Virus record (IMG/VR): IMGVR_UViG_3300037471_000583
Span: 396-64,395 of that record
Source: a virus
Lineage: Duplodnaviria > Caudoviricetes
Reading direction: 5' to 3' (one strand)
Length of the DNA: 64,000 nucleotides
Part shown: positions 52,329 through 61,900 of the stretch, one piece after another
Layout of the letters: each line of letters begins with the position of its first letter
Numbering within the stretch: position 1 is the stretch's first letter
The notes under the pieces: generated by a model
What the model was told of the DNA's origin: nothing
Databases searched by the model: none
The model's input: only the letters and a program-made list of their open reading frames with translations
Translations under genes and position numbers: made by a program

Positions 52329-52722
52329 CATACTCGCGGCTCTGCTTGAACGCCTTGGCACGCTGACACTCTCGCCCCCATTGCCGATCGCCAATCCGGG
52401 CATCGATTTCGCGGGCGGGCCGAATTACCTGCGGGCCGACATCCTGCTAAACCAGACCCGGCAGATCACCATCGGTGGTGATCCTCAGCAGAAGCGCGGC
52501 ATCCTACAGGTCACTGTCGTGTGGGTGAAGGGGCAGGGGCTCATCAAACCGCTGCAGGCCGCCGGCGCCGTCATCAACCATTTCAAGAACCTGGTCCTCT
52601 GGGCCGGCGACACGCGGATCACCATCGACCGCGAACCGTGGGCGGCAAGCCCGATGCAGGAACCGGACAGGGTCGAAATCCCCGTCTCAATATCGTGGTA
52701 TGCCTTTGAACCGGAGGTTTAG
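52312..52722 (+). CDS. Tail terminator (DUF4128-like)
   Basis: GILQVTVVW.KGQG, PVSISW. Confidence 0.8.
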   Translation: MSTESDILAALLERLGTLTLSPPLPIANPGIDFAGGPNYLRADILLNQTRQITIGGDPQQKRGILQVTVVWVKGQGLIKPLQAAGAVINHFKNLVLWAGDTRITIDREPWAASPMQEPDRVEIPVSISWYAFEPEV

Positions 52723-52724
52723 AA

Positions 52725-53204
52725 ATGAGCAACAAAAGTACGAAAAAAGGGAGCAAAGTTTACGTCTGCTCCACTGCACAGAACGGCGACCTGAACCAAG
52801 CCGGATTCGAAGCCCTCTCCTGGGTGCCGGTTGGCAAGGTTGGCAAGGTTGGTGACTTCGGAGCTACTTCCAACGACGTTACCTACCCCACTTTGGATGA
52901 GGCGGTCACGACCCACCAGAAAGGTGTTGCCGATGCCGGCGCTCCCGATCTTGAAGTCGCATCCGTCTATGACGATGCCGGCCAGATCATCCTTCGTTCC
53001 TTCGGCGACCCGTTGAACCTAAACAATATGGCCATCAAGATCGAGCGGAACGACAAGCCGGCCGGCCTGACAACCAACACCATCATCTACAGCCGTGGCG
53101 TCGTCTCCGGCCCGATGTTTCCGGGCGGCGGCTCGGATGATTTCGATCTGGAGCGTTTCACCGTCCGGCTCAATCAGATCCCGCTGAGGGTGAACCCCAC
53201 CTGA
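52725..53204 (+). CDS. Major tail tube protein
   Basis: GKVGDFG, KGVADAG, DDAGQ.IL, YSRGVVSG. Confidence 0.8.
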   Translation: MSNKSTKKGSKVYVCSTAQNGDLNQAGFEALSWVPVGKVGKVGDFGATSNDVTYPTLDEAVTTHQKGVADAGAPDLEVASVYDDAGQIILRSFGDPLNLNNMAIKIERNDKPAGLTTNTIIYSRGVVSGPMFPGGGSDDFDLERFTVRLNQIPLRVNPT

Positions 53205-53210
53205 GACAAG

Positions 53211-53315
53211 ATGCCAGACGCTCTGTTCTATGCCGCACTCGCCGTCAGCATCGTCTACGCGCTCGCATTCGTCGTTTGCGCCTGGGCTCAGGCTCAGACG
53301 TTTAAAGACATCTGA
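53211..53315 (+). CDS. Small membrane peptide (34 aa)
   Basis: MPDALFYAALAVSIVYALAFVVCAWAQAQTFKDI; weak RBS. Confidence 0.4.
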   Translation: MPDALFYAALAVSIVYALAFVVCAWAQAQTFKDI

Positions 53316-53351
53316 CCGGCGGCATCGGTCAATCCCAAACTGAGGTAACCC

Positions 53352-53726
53352 ATGAACATCCTCGATATCGCCCCGCAGACAATCACGATCGACATCCGGC
53401 ACCCGGCGACGAACGAACCGATCGGCCTATCGGTGGAGTGCCAGAGCCTCGAAAGCGATGCGGTCAAGTCCGTGCAGCGTGCGATCGCAAATAAGGCGCT
53501 GCGCAGCGGCCGCAATACCCAGACAGCTGAGAAGCTGGAGAACAACTCCATCGCCATCCTTGCTGCCACAGTCGTCTCGTGGAAGTGGGCGGACGGTCTC
53601 ACACTCGGCGAACTGAAGAATCCGCCGCTGACAGCAGAGAACAAGGAAAAACTCCTCTCTGTGCCGTGGATCGCACGACAGATCGACGGCCCGCTCGGAG
53701 ACGACACCGCTTTTTTCAAGAAATAG
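53352..53726 (+). CDS. Tail assembly chaperone (gpG-like)
   Basis: Lies between the tube gene and the TMP gene; ends AFFKK with a slippery site. Confidence 0.85.
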   Translation: MNILDIAPQTITIDIRHPATNEPIGLSVECQSLESDAVKSVQRAIANKALRSGRNTQTAEKLENNSIAILAATVVSWKWADGLTLGELKNPPLTAENKEKLLSVPWIARQIDGPLGDDTAFFKK

Positions 53727-54085
53727 GCGCGGCGTTTTCGGACGCCGTTAGCCTATACGTCAAATACAAGACGCCGGACAAAGACGGGGAAACCCGCGAG
53801 GAGCGCAACGAGCGCTTCGATATGGAAGAGGCAACACCGGACCTCGATCCTCCCGACCAGTTCGAATGGTTGTGGATATGGTTCTGGGAGCTTTCCACCA
53901 CCCGCCGACAGGGGCCGAACGGTCCCGATCCAATCACCTACAGCGATATCGAAGTCTGGTCTCGGCTGACCGGCAACATCCTTCTTCGGGAGGAAATCGC
54001 CATCATCCGGCAGATGGACGATGCGTTTCTATCCTCCCTGACTGAAGAATACCGAGAGCAGCGAGAGCGCGAGAAGGAAAGTTGA
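53711..54085 (+). CDS. Tail assembly chaperone -1 frameshift extension (gpT-like)
   Basis: Heptamer T-TTT-TTC at 53711-53717; the -1 frame reads FQEIGAAFSDAV..WFWELS..PITYSDI..IRQMD. Confidence 0.85.
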   Translation, partial: FFQEIGAAFSDAVSLYVKYKTPDKDGETREERNERFDMEEATPDLDPPDQFEWLWIWFWELSTTRRQGPNGPDPITYSDIEVWSRLTGNILLREEIAIIRQMDDAFLSSLTEEYREQREREKES

Positions 54086-54086
54086 A

Positions 54087-57000
54087 ATGACTGATGTCGC
54101 CGCGCTCGGCTTCTCTGTAGATAGTTCGCCGCTGGTTAAGGCGAGCTCGGCCCTTGATGGGTTGAGCAATTCAGCGAAGAGAGCGGAAGCCGCCGCCAAT
54201 GGCGTCATTGAGGCCAACAAAAACGCAGCCACTTCTGCTTCATCCATCACCACCGCGACAAGCAATGCGGCAGCCGCCTTAACCAAGGAAGCGAACGCGG
54301 CACAAAGTGTAGCGCAAGCTCTCAATGTCACTTCAAGCGCCAGCAACAGCGCGGCAAGAGCGTTGGACAACACCTCTGCCGCAGTTATTCGTTTGGCAGC
54401 AAATCAGAACAAGCTTTCTGGCCAAACGGGGAATATTGCTGCGCAGTTTCAGGACATCGGCGTCCAACTCGCAGGAGGTCAATCTCCGTTCCTCATCGCG
54501 TTACAGCAGGGTACCCAGCTTTCAGCGGTGCTCGGCACGGTAGGGGGCGGCGTGCGCGGCGTTGGTGCGGCGTTGGCGGCTGCATTTGGCTCAATCCTCA
54601 GCCCCGTTTCTTTAGCTACAATTGCCATTATCGGCTTGGGCGGGGCGGCGCTTCAGTATTTCACCGGCGTCGATGACGGGTCCGATAAGGCAAACGCCGC
54701 GCTTAAGAAGCACATGGACACGATCGGGCAGATTGCTGAAAAGTGGGGCGCGCAAATCCCCGCCCTTCGTGAATATTACGATCAGCTCAAGCTGGCCCAC
54801 GACCTAGAGGAATTGGGCGCGGGGAGAAAAGCCGTAGAAAATAGTTATTGGGTGGAGGCTACGAAGCAACTTGATGACCTGCAGCCAAAGCTGCTGAATG
54901 CTCAGTCCATATTGGAGAATATCGGGCAAGGTGAGGTCTTCACCAAGACGATCAAGCAGTTCACCGAACTTCAAGCGAAGATCGAAGACCATACTGCGAA
55001 AGCCACGGACGCAACAAACGCAGCGAAGACGTTGACTGACGTCTATGAGACAACAGGTGTTGAGGCGTTTAAGGATGCCGCCACGTTTCTGCGGTCCCTT
55101 TCAAGTGAACTCGATCGTACCACTCAGCGGATGGAAAAATTCAACGACCAGTTCAACAAGGCTGCCGAAATCCAGGAGCGGCTGCAGAACACGATTCAAT
55201 CGTCTGAGTTTGTCGAGTTTGGCAAATTTCGCTCGGTTTCGGACTTTATGCCGACAGGAACCGCTCCAACCCCGTCGTCACGTCCAAGCGATCTCGATAA
55301 TATTAGATCGGAAACGACCGAGAGGGGGTTCCTTGTCACCAGCCTCAAGCAGCAAGCGGATTACGAAGACGCGCTGACTGACACCTATATCAGGGAGCAG
55401 AAGGAGCTCGATGCCCTTTACGCAAAGGGCACTACCACGCGCGGCTTTATGGTCGCGAGCGCTCAGGAACTCAAGAAATACGAAGACGAGTTGACGGACG
55501 CGTATCTGAAACAGGAAAAGGCGGTCGATGACATCTACAAACGCGGGGTCACCTCGCGCGGCTTCATCGTCACCAATAAGGAGCAGATGCTCGAATATGA
55601 AGCAGCTCCCGAAGAAAACGCTAAGCGGATGATCGAGGGAGCAAACGGGAATGCTGACGCCTCGGTAAATAAGTTGTCTGAGGCCTATCGCAAACTTACC
55701 GCTACTCAGCAAGAGCAGGCGCAAAACCTACAACTTGAGGCGAGTTTGATCGGCGCCAGCGTGGCAGAACGGGCGCGCCAGACCGCAGCCTTGCAGGCCG
55801 AACAGCAACTTCGCCAACAGCATATCGACACGCTCTCGCGCGAGGGCCAGGCATACATCGCCAATGCCAAGGCGCTTGCAGACGCAAAAACGCAGATTGA
55901 CCGGCAGCAATCCGCATACACCTCGCTCCAGCAAGCAGAGGGCAGTCTGGTCGACACATTCGTTTCCGGCTTCTCGACAATCGGCGGTTCTTGGAAGGAC
56001 ACGCTAAAAAACATGGCGCAGCAGTTCCTCCAGTGGATCGACACGCTCGCTATCGCAAACCCGATCAAGAATGCGCTCACCGGATCGAACCTTCCGACGC
56101 TCGCTGATCTTTTCAGCGGTAAGCCATCTGTTCCGGGCGCCACCACGACCGGCACGATGACGGTGACCGCCGCCAGCGTTACGGTAAATGGGGGCTTGAC
56201 TGGCGGCGTATTGCCTGCGGCGACTAACAATGGCATCCCGGGAGTATTAAACTCAAACGCGGTGCGTCCGGACCTTACAAACAGCGGCATTGTAAATAAT
56301 CCAATCGCGACCGCCCCCGCCAACGATAACCTGCCGGCCACTGATATTGCTGCCTACATTCGACAAGCCGCCATTCAGCGCGGAATTGATCCCAACGTCG
56401 CCCTCACTGTGGCTCGTTCGGAGGGGGGGCTTAATAGTTGGAACTTGCAATCGCAGGTCTTCAAGAATGGGGTGCAGGAACCGTCATACGGGCCATATCA
56501 ATTGCTTGTCGGAGGGCCAGGAACCGGCTTCCGTCCTGGCCTTGGCAACCAATTCATGTCCCAGACCGGGCTTGATCCAAGCTTGGCGGCAAATGGCCCG
56601 CGCGGCGTCGATTTTGCCCTCGACTATGCATCGAAGAATGGTTGGTCATCTTGGTATGGCGCGCGTAACTCTGGGATCAGCAATTGGCAAGGCATTGGAA
56701 AGATGCCCGGGATCGACACCACGACCACCAATTCCATCAGCCAGTCACTAACCCGGTTGGACAACGTGACCACCACTACCTCCACCAATCTTTCGACGCT
56801 TGGCGACAGTTCGCAAAACCTCAATTCCGGCTTCACGAACCTGTTCAGCACCCTCGGCCAAACGCCAAGCACGACGTCCAGCAGCAGCGGTGGCTTCTTC
56901 TCTTGGCTGGGTGGCCTGTTCGGCGGTGGCCCGTCGGTGGGTGGTGGGATGGCTGGCAACAAGATCGCTGCAGCGCCTCGTCCGAACATTCCGGCTGCGC

Positions 57001-57206
57001 CGCAATCTGTCTCAGGGAGCTCGCAAAAGGTCCGTGTCGAGGTCGTCAACACTGTGGACAAGAGCGGCAACCTGAAGCCGGTAATCAAGAGCATCAGCCA
57101 AGAGACCGTTGACGAGCGCGTGCCCGGTCACATCAAGGCGTATGACAAGGATCATCTGCCGAAGCGGGTTCGCCAAATTTCTGGCGACAAGTGGGCGAGG
57201 GGCTGA
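54087..57206 (+). CDS. Tape measure protein with an internal lysozyme-like domain
   Basis: NIAAQFQDI..L.GGQSP..IALQQG lambda-type motif; AARSEG-like VARSEGG..GPYQL..WSSWYG domain at ~56340-56700. Confidence 0.92.
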   Translation: MTDVAALGFSVDSSPLVKASSALDGLSNSAKRAEAAANGVIEANKNAATSASSITTATSNAAAALTKEANAAQSVAQALNVTSSASNSAARALDNTSAAVIRLAANQNKLSGQTGNIAAQFQDIGVQLAGGQSPFLIALQQGTQLSAVLGTVGGGVRGVGAALAAAFGSILSPVSLATIAIIGLGGAALQYFTGVDDGSDKANAALKKHMDTIGQIAEKWGAQIPALREYYDQLKLAHDLEELGAGRKAVENSYWVEATKQLDDLQPKLLNAQSILENIGQGEVFTKTIKQFTELQAKIEDHTAKATDATNAAKTLTDVYETTGVEAFKDAATFLRSLSSELDRTTQRMEKFNDQFNKAAEIQERLQNTIQSSEFVEFGKFRSVSDFMPTGTAPTPSSRPSDLDNIRSETTERGFLVTSLKQQADYEDALTDTYIREQKELDALYAKGTTTRGFMVASAQELKKYEDELTDAYLKQEKAVDDIYKRGVTSRGFIVTNKEQMLEYEAAPEENAKRMIEGANGNADASVNKLSEAYRKLTATQQEQAQNLQLEASLIGASVAERARQTAALQAEQQLRQQHIDTLSREGQAYIANAKALADAKTQIDRQQSAYTSLQQAEGSLVDTFVSGFSTIGGSWKDTLKNMAQQFLQWIDTLAIANPIKNALTGSNLPTLADLFSGKPSVPGATTTGTMTVTAASVTVNGGLTGGVLPAATNNGIPGVLNSNAVRPDLTNSGIVNNPIATAPANDNLPATDIAAYIRQAAIQRGIDPNVALTVARSEGGLNSWNLQSQVFKNGVQEPSYGPYQLLVGGPGTGFRPGLGNQFMSQTGLDPSLAANGPRGVDFALDYASKNGWSSWYGARNSGISNWQGIGKMPGIDTTTTNSISQSLTRLDNVTTTTSTNLSTLGDSSQNLNSGFTNLFSTLGQTPSTTSSSSGGFFSWLGGLFGGGPSVGGGMAGNKIAAAPRPNIPAAPQSVSGSSQKVRVEVVNTVDKSGNLKPVIKSISQETVDERVPGHIKAYDKDHLPKRVRQISGDKWARG

Positions 57207-57862
57207 TGGCGCTGCTGACATTCCCTCTATCTCTGTCTCAGTTCGCCAATGGGCTGCAGATCGAGAACATCGACATGCACATTGTCCACGGCATCACGCC
57301 GTCTGGGCTGGGCACAGGCAACATGATCATCGCCAACCGCCGCTCTGATTATTGGGTGGCGGATGTCAAGATAAGGCCGCTTTACCACAAAGCGGCCCGC
57401 GCACTCCAAGCGATGATCAACAGCATGGACGGCGGTCTCAACGACTTCCTGCTCTGTGATCCGGTGTGCGCGTATCCGGCCGAGGACCCCGATGGAACGA
57501 TCCTCGGCACCTCTACGATTACCAACAGCTCGGTGAATGCGAACGGTATCCAGATGAACCTCACAGGGTTCCCGGTCGGCTACGTGCTGAGCACGGGCGA
57601 TCGGTTTTCATTCACCTATGGCCCAGGCAACATCTATCGTGCGCTCCACGAGATTGTTGTCGGCGATACCGCCAACGGTTCTGGAACCGTCGGTATTGAG
57701 TTCCGTCCTCGGCTGGACGATCCGGATTTAGCAACCGGCAAGACGATGGATTTAAAGCGGGCCTGCGCTCGCATGAAGATCATCGAGGAATCAATCGAAC
57801 ACGGCAGTCGGCAAGACCTGTTCACTTCCGGGCTTTCGTTCTCCTGCGAGCAAGTCCCCTGA
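57206..57862 (+). CDS. Distal tail (Dit-like) protein
   Basis: Position after the TMP gene; GYVLSTGD, IEFRP.L. Confidence 0.7.
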   Translation: MALLTFPLSLSQFANGLQIENIDMHIVHGITPSGLGTGNMIIANRRSDYWVADVKIRPLYHKAARALQAMINSMDGGLNDFLLCDPVCAYPAEDPDGTILGTSTITNSSVNANGIQMNLTGFPVGYVLSTGDRFSFTYGPGNIYRALHEIVVGDTANGSGTVGIEFRPRLDDPDLATGKTMDLKRACARMKIIEESIEHGSRQDLFTSGLSFSCEQVP

Positions 57863-57863
57863 C

Positions 57864-58538
57864 ATGAAAGACATCGGCGTCAACACCGCCATCGCGCTGC
57901 AGAACGCACCGCGAGACGGCCTGATCATGCGCGATCTCGTGTGGATCACGGCGAAGCATCGCGACGATCCAGACGTCAAGGAAAGCATGGGGCTGTGGAC
58001 CGGGCGGGTGCCGACGACGATCCCGGTCATTGACCCTTCCGACGGATCAACGGTGGATCGCGTCTATCAGCCTCTCGGCCAACTCGACGTCCCGTCGATA
58101 CCGGCCACGATGGACTTGGAAGTCCTGACGATCCGGCTTTCATTTTCCGGGCTATCAACCGCACTGCTGAATGCCATCCGGCTCTATGACGCCAAAATGG
58201 CATCGATCGAAATTCATCGCGGCATTTTCGATACGGCGACCGGACGCATTGTCGATCCAGCGATGTGTCGGTTCTTCGGCTTCATCAATTCCGCACCGAT
58301 CACGACGGCCCCGGAAGGCAGGGCAGGAGGGATCGAGCTCGAATGCGTCTCGTATTCACGCATCCTCACCATGACGAGCGGCAAGCTGTTTTCCGATGAG
58401 ACCATGAAGGAACGAGATGGCGATCGGTTCGCGCAATATACCGACGTGGACGGCGACTGGCGCGTTTGGTGGGGCCAGGAGGAGAAGGTCGTCGGCGAGC
58501 GCAAGGATCGTCCCAAAGGCAGGTTCTTCAAGGTATGA
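57864..58538 (+). CDS. Tail tip protein (gpL/DUF2163-like)
   Basis: GLWTG, IEIHRGIFD, F.GFIN, QKER-like KERDGD.FAQY, WWG. Confidence 0.7.
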   Translation: MKDIGVNTAIALQNAPRDGLIMRDLVWITAKHRDDPDVKESMGLWTGRVPTTIPVIDPSDGSTVDRVYQPLGQLDVPSIPATMDLEVLTIRLSFSGLSTALLNAIRLYDAKMASIEIHRGIFDTATGRIVDPAMCRFFGFINSAPITTAPEGRAGGIELECVSYSRILTMTSGKLFSDETMKERDGDRFAQYTDVDGDWRVWWGQEEKVVGERKDRPKGRFFKV

Positions 58539-58957
58539 TCACGGTCAAGAGACGCAAGGATTGGCGGCCACGGCTGGACGCCTATCTCGAACGCAGTGAG
58601 GGCAAACCATTCAAATGGGGTGAACTCGACTGCGCACTGTTTGCTGCTGACGCTGTACTGGCCATGACGGATGTCGATCTTGCCGCTGAATTCAGAGGCT
58701 CGTATTCGAATGAGGTTGGCGCAGGAGCGGCGATCACCGCAGCGGGCTTCGATGGATACGAGGCACTTGCGGAAAGCCTCCTGCCGGCGCCCACAAACGA
58801 AAACCCCATTGGTATTGGCGACATCGCGATTGTCGACATGCCCGGCTTCGGCTCCTGCCTCGCCATCGTTGGCGGCGCCCATCTCACGGCGATGACATTG
58901 CGCGGCAAGGGGTCGCTCCCACTGTCCCGCGCCACCCGGTTTTTCAAAGTCGGATAG
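58535..58957 (+). CDS. NlpC/P60-like tail protein (DUF6950-like)
   Basis: PFKWGELDCALFAADAV.AMT, GDIA. Confidence 0.8.
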   Translation: MITVKRRKDWRPRLDAYLERSEGKPFKWGELDCALFAADAVLAMTDVDLAAEFRGSYSNEVGAGAAITAAGFDGYEALAESLLPAPTNENPIGIGDIAIVDMPGFGSCLAIVGGAHLTAMTLRGKGSLPLSRATRFFKVG

Positions 58958-58960
58958 TTG

Positions 58961-61900
58961 ATGCTCAAAATCACGAAGTATTGGCGCGTTGCTCTGGCGA
59001 CGGCGACGACGCTTGCCTTCATGGCAGCGCCCGCGCATGCCGGCCCGGTCATCGGGCTGTTGGGCACCGCCATCACATCGATCGGCGCAGGCGCGTCCGC
59101 TGCATCCGTTGCCTATGGCCTCCTCGCCGGCGCCCTGTCGATGGGCGTCAATATGCTTCTCGCCAAGATATTGGCACCGAAAGAGAAGAATATTGGCATC
59201 AAACAGAAGGTCGAGAGCGGCGGCGACAACCCTCTGAGCTTCATCGTCGGCGAATACGCGACGGCCGGCAAGCTCGCCTATGTCAACCAGGGCGGCAACG
59301 ATCTCCTGAATATGCTGACGCTGGTAATTTCGCTCAGCGAACTGCCGGTGTCGTCCTTTTCGACGGATATCTGGATCAACGGCGAGCTCTGCACGATCGA
59401 CACCTCGGTGCAGTCCCCATCACCTGGCGACTTTGACACCGATGCCCCGGGTCCCGGCTTCTTTCGGATCACGGAATACGACAAGCGCGACAAGGACGAC
59501 TACGAGCACCAATATTGCTGGGTTCGCCTTTATGATGGCACTCAGACAGCGGCCGATCCGTATCTGCTCGACACGTTCGGTGCCGACCCTGACAAGCCGT
59601 GGACCGAGGACATGGTCGGCCGTGGCTGCGCCTATGCAATCGTTGTCTGCCGATACTCGAAAGAGGGCATCTGGTCGGGGATTCCCGAGTTCAAGTTCGT
59701 CCTCAAGGGCATCAAGCTCTACGATCCCCGAAAGGATTCGACGGCTGGCGGCTCGGGATCGCAGCGGTGGCGCGATCAGTCCACATGGACGTTCAGCGAG
59801 AACGCTAAAGTCTGGGAATTCAACGCCATCCGCGGCATCTACTATGACGGCAAGTGGGTATGGGGCGGGCAGTCGCAGAAGGTTCCGTCCCTTGCTCCTC
59901 CGAACCTAGACGATCCGGACGCTTTCCGCTTTCCGCTTTCGTCGTGGTTCGCAGCAATGAACCATTGCGACGAGAATGTTGACCTCGCAGGCGATGCCGG
60001 AACGATCAAGCGTTACACGGTCGGCGCCGAGATCACCGTTGATCAGCAGCCGATCGACATCATCAAGGAGACCGACAAGTCCTGCAACGGCTTCACCTAT
60101 GAGTTCGGTGGACTTTTCAAGACGTGGGCCGGGCCATTCGGAACGTCGGTTTTTTCCTTCACCGACAAGAACACTATCATTTCCGAGGATCAGACCGACA
60201 GCCTCTTCCGCCCGCTGCAGGAGACCTATAACGGCGCCCGCGCAACCTATGTGAAGCCGAAAGCCGGCTGGGTAATGAAAGAGGCGCCGCCGCGGATTTT
60301 CGATGATCTGCAGGCCGAAGACGGCGGCTACCAACTCATCGCCGAATTCGAATTGCCGATGGTCACCAACGGCAACCAAGCACAGCGGATCCAGCGCACT
60401 GTGGTGCTCGACAGCCGACGCGAAATCAACCATGTCCTGCAACTGCCGCCCGAGGCCTATATCCTCGAGCCGTTCGACGTCATCACGTGGGCGTCGGATC
60501 GCAATGAGTACGACAACAAGAAGTTTGTCGTCACATCCATTGAAGACCTCCCCAACTGCAATCAGGCGCTTTCCTTCAGGGAACTGAATTCGAACGACTA
60601 TGATTGGGATACCGAGTTCGAACTGCCGGACTCTGTCGGAACGCTCACTCCGGTTCGTCCCGGCGCATTGGCGCTTGATTTCACCGTTTCGCCAGATCAG
60701 GTCGACCGCCCCGGTGGCGGCAAGGATAAGCCGGCCATCAAGGTTGAATGGACTTGGGGTCTCAAAGACGTCGATCTGAAATGGGTGAAGTATGAGGTCC
60801 GCCGATCTATCGCCCAGCCGAAAGTGATCGCGCACGGAACGTTCTTCAACACACAGGATACTGAGCGGACCATCACGAGTTCCGCATTTCGCTTTAAGCA
60901 GTCGTTTCAGGTTCGTCTGTTCGCGCAACCCGAGCGTCCATGGCGCCGCAGCTCGTGGACCGGTTGGAAAGACGTCACCCTTACAGACATTGACGTGCCG
61001 GGCCAGCCGACACTCACGGTCACCAGCGACCTAGCCGATGACGGAACGCAGATCCGCTATCTCGATGTCGATTGGACTGCAGTGGCGGCAGAGGGAACTT
61101 ATCAGGTTCGCGATGCCATCACTGGCGGCAAGACCAGGACCTATCCTGCGCACGAAAACGAATATCGCATCCCGGTCACCTCCAGCACGGAGCACACCGT
61201 CGATGTGAGGTTTATTGCGGCCGACGGTGGCACGCCGGGCGACTGGTCGCTGACCCGCACGATCACGATCCCGAAGAAGGCGGCGAACAGCACACCTCCT
61301 GTCTCGCTAACCGCCACTACCGACAAGTTCGGCAAGATCGTCCTGAAGCTTGGCCGCCCGACTGGGATGAAGGACTTCAAGAAGTTCAACATCTACGTCG
61401 CACCCACGAACGACTTCGCCGGTGCCAGCCTGCTTGACGATTGCTTCGGTACCCGGTTCAGCCACAACGATTTGGGCAATGGCGTCGACCGGTACTATTG
61501 GACAACCACGTCAGACCGCACTGACAACGAATCCAGCAAATACCCGGTTTCGAATACGGCGGGTGTGCATGGCAAGACAGCCTTTGTTGTTGATGGCGAT
61601 ACCGATGCGACCGCACCGCTCGCTCCGACCGTCAGTGCGCTGACGTCCATCTCTGCTGATATCGACGGTGACGGCACGCTCGATACCGGCGTGCAGTTCA
61701 CGATCACGGCGCCAGCGTCCGGCGTCGCCTGCAAGTTCTATGAGGTCGACCTTCAGAAAGCCGCGGCGGTCGGCACGTCCGGCTCGATGACTGGCTACAG
61801 CCAGGTGCGCAAGAAGACTGTTCCGACTGAAGACCCTGCCATCAGTGCCGATACGCTGGTGCAGATGAAGGGCGTGACCTCAAAATTCTACAAGGCGCGC

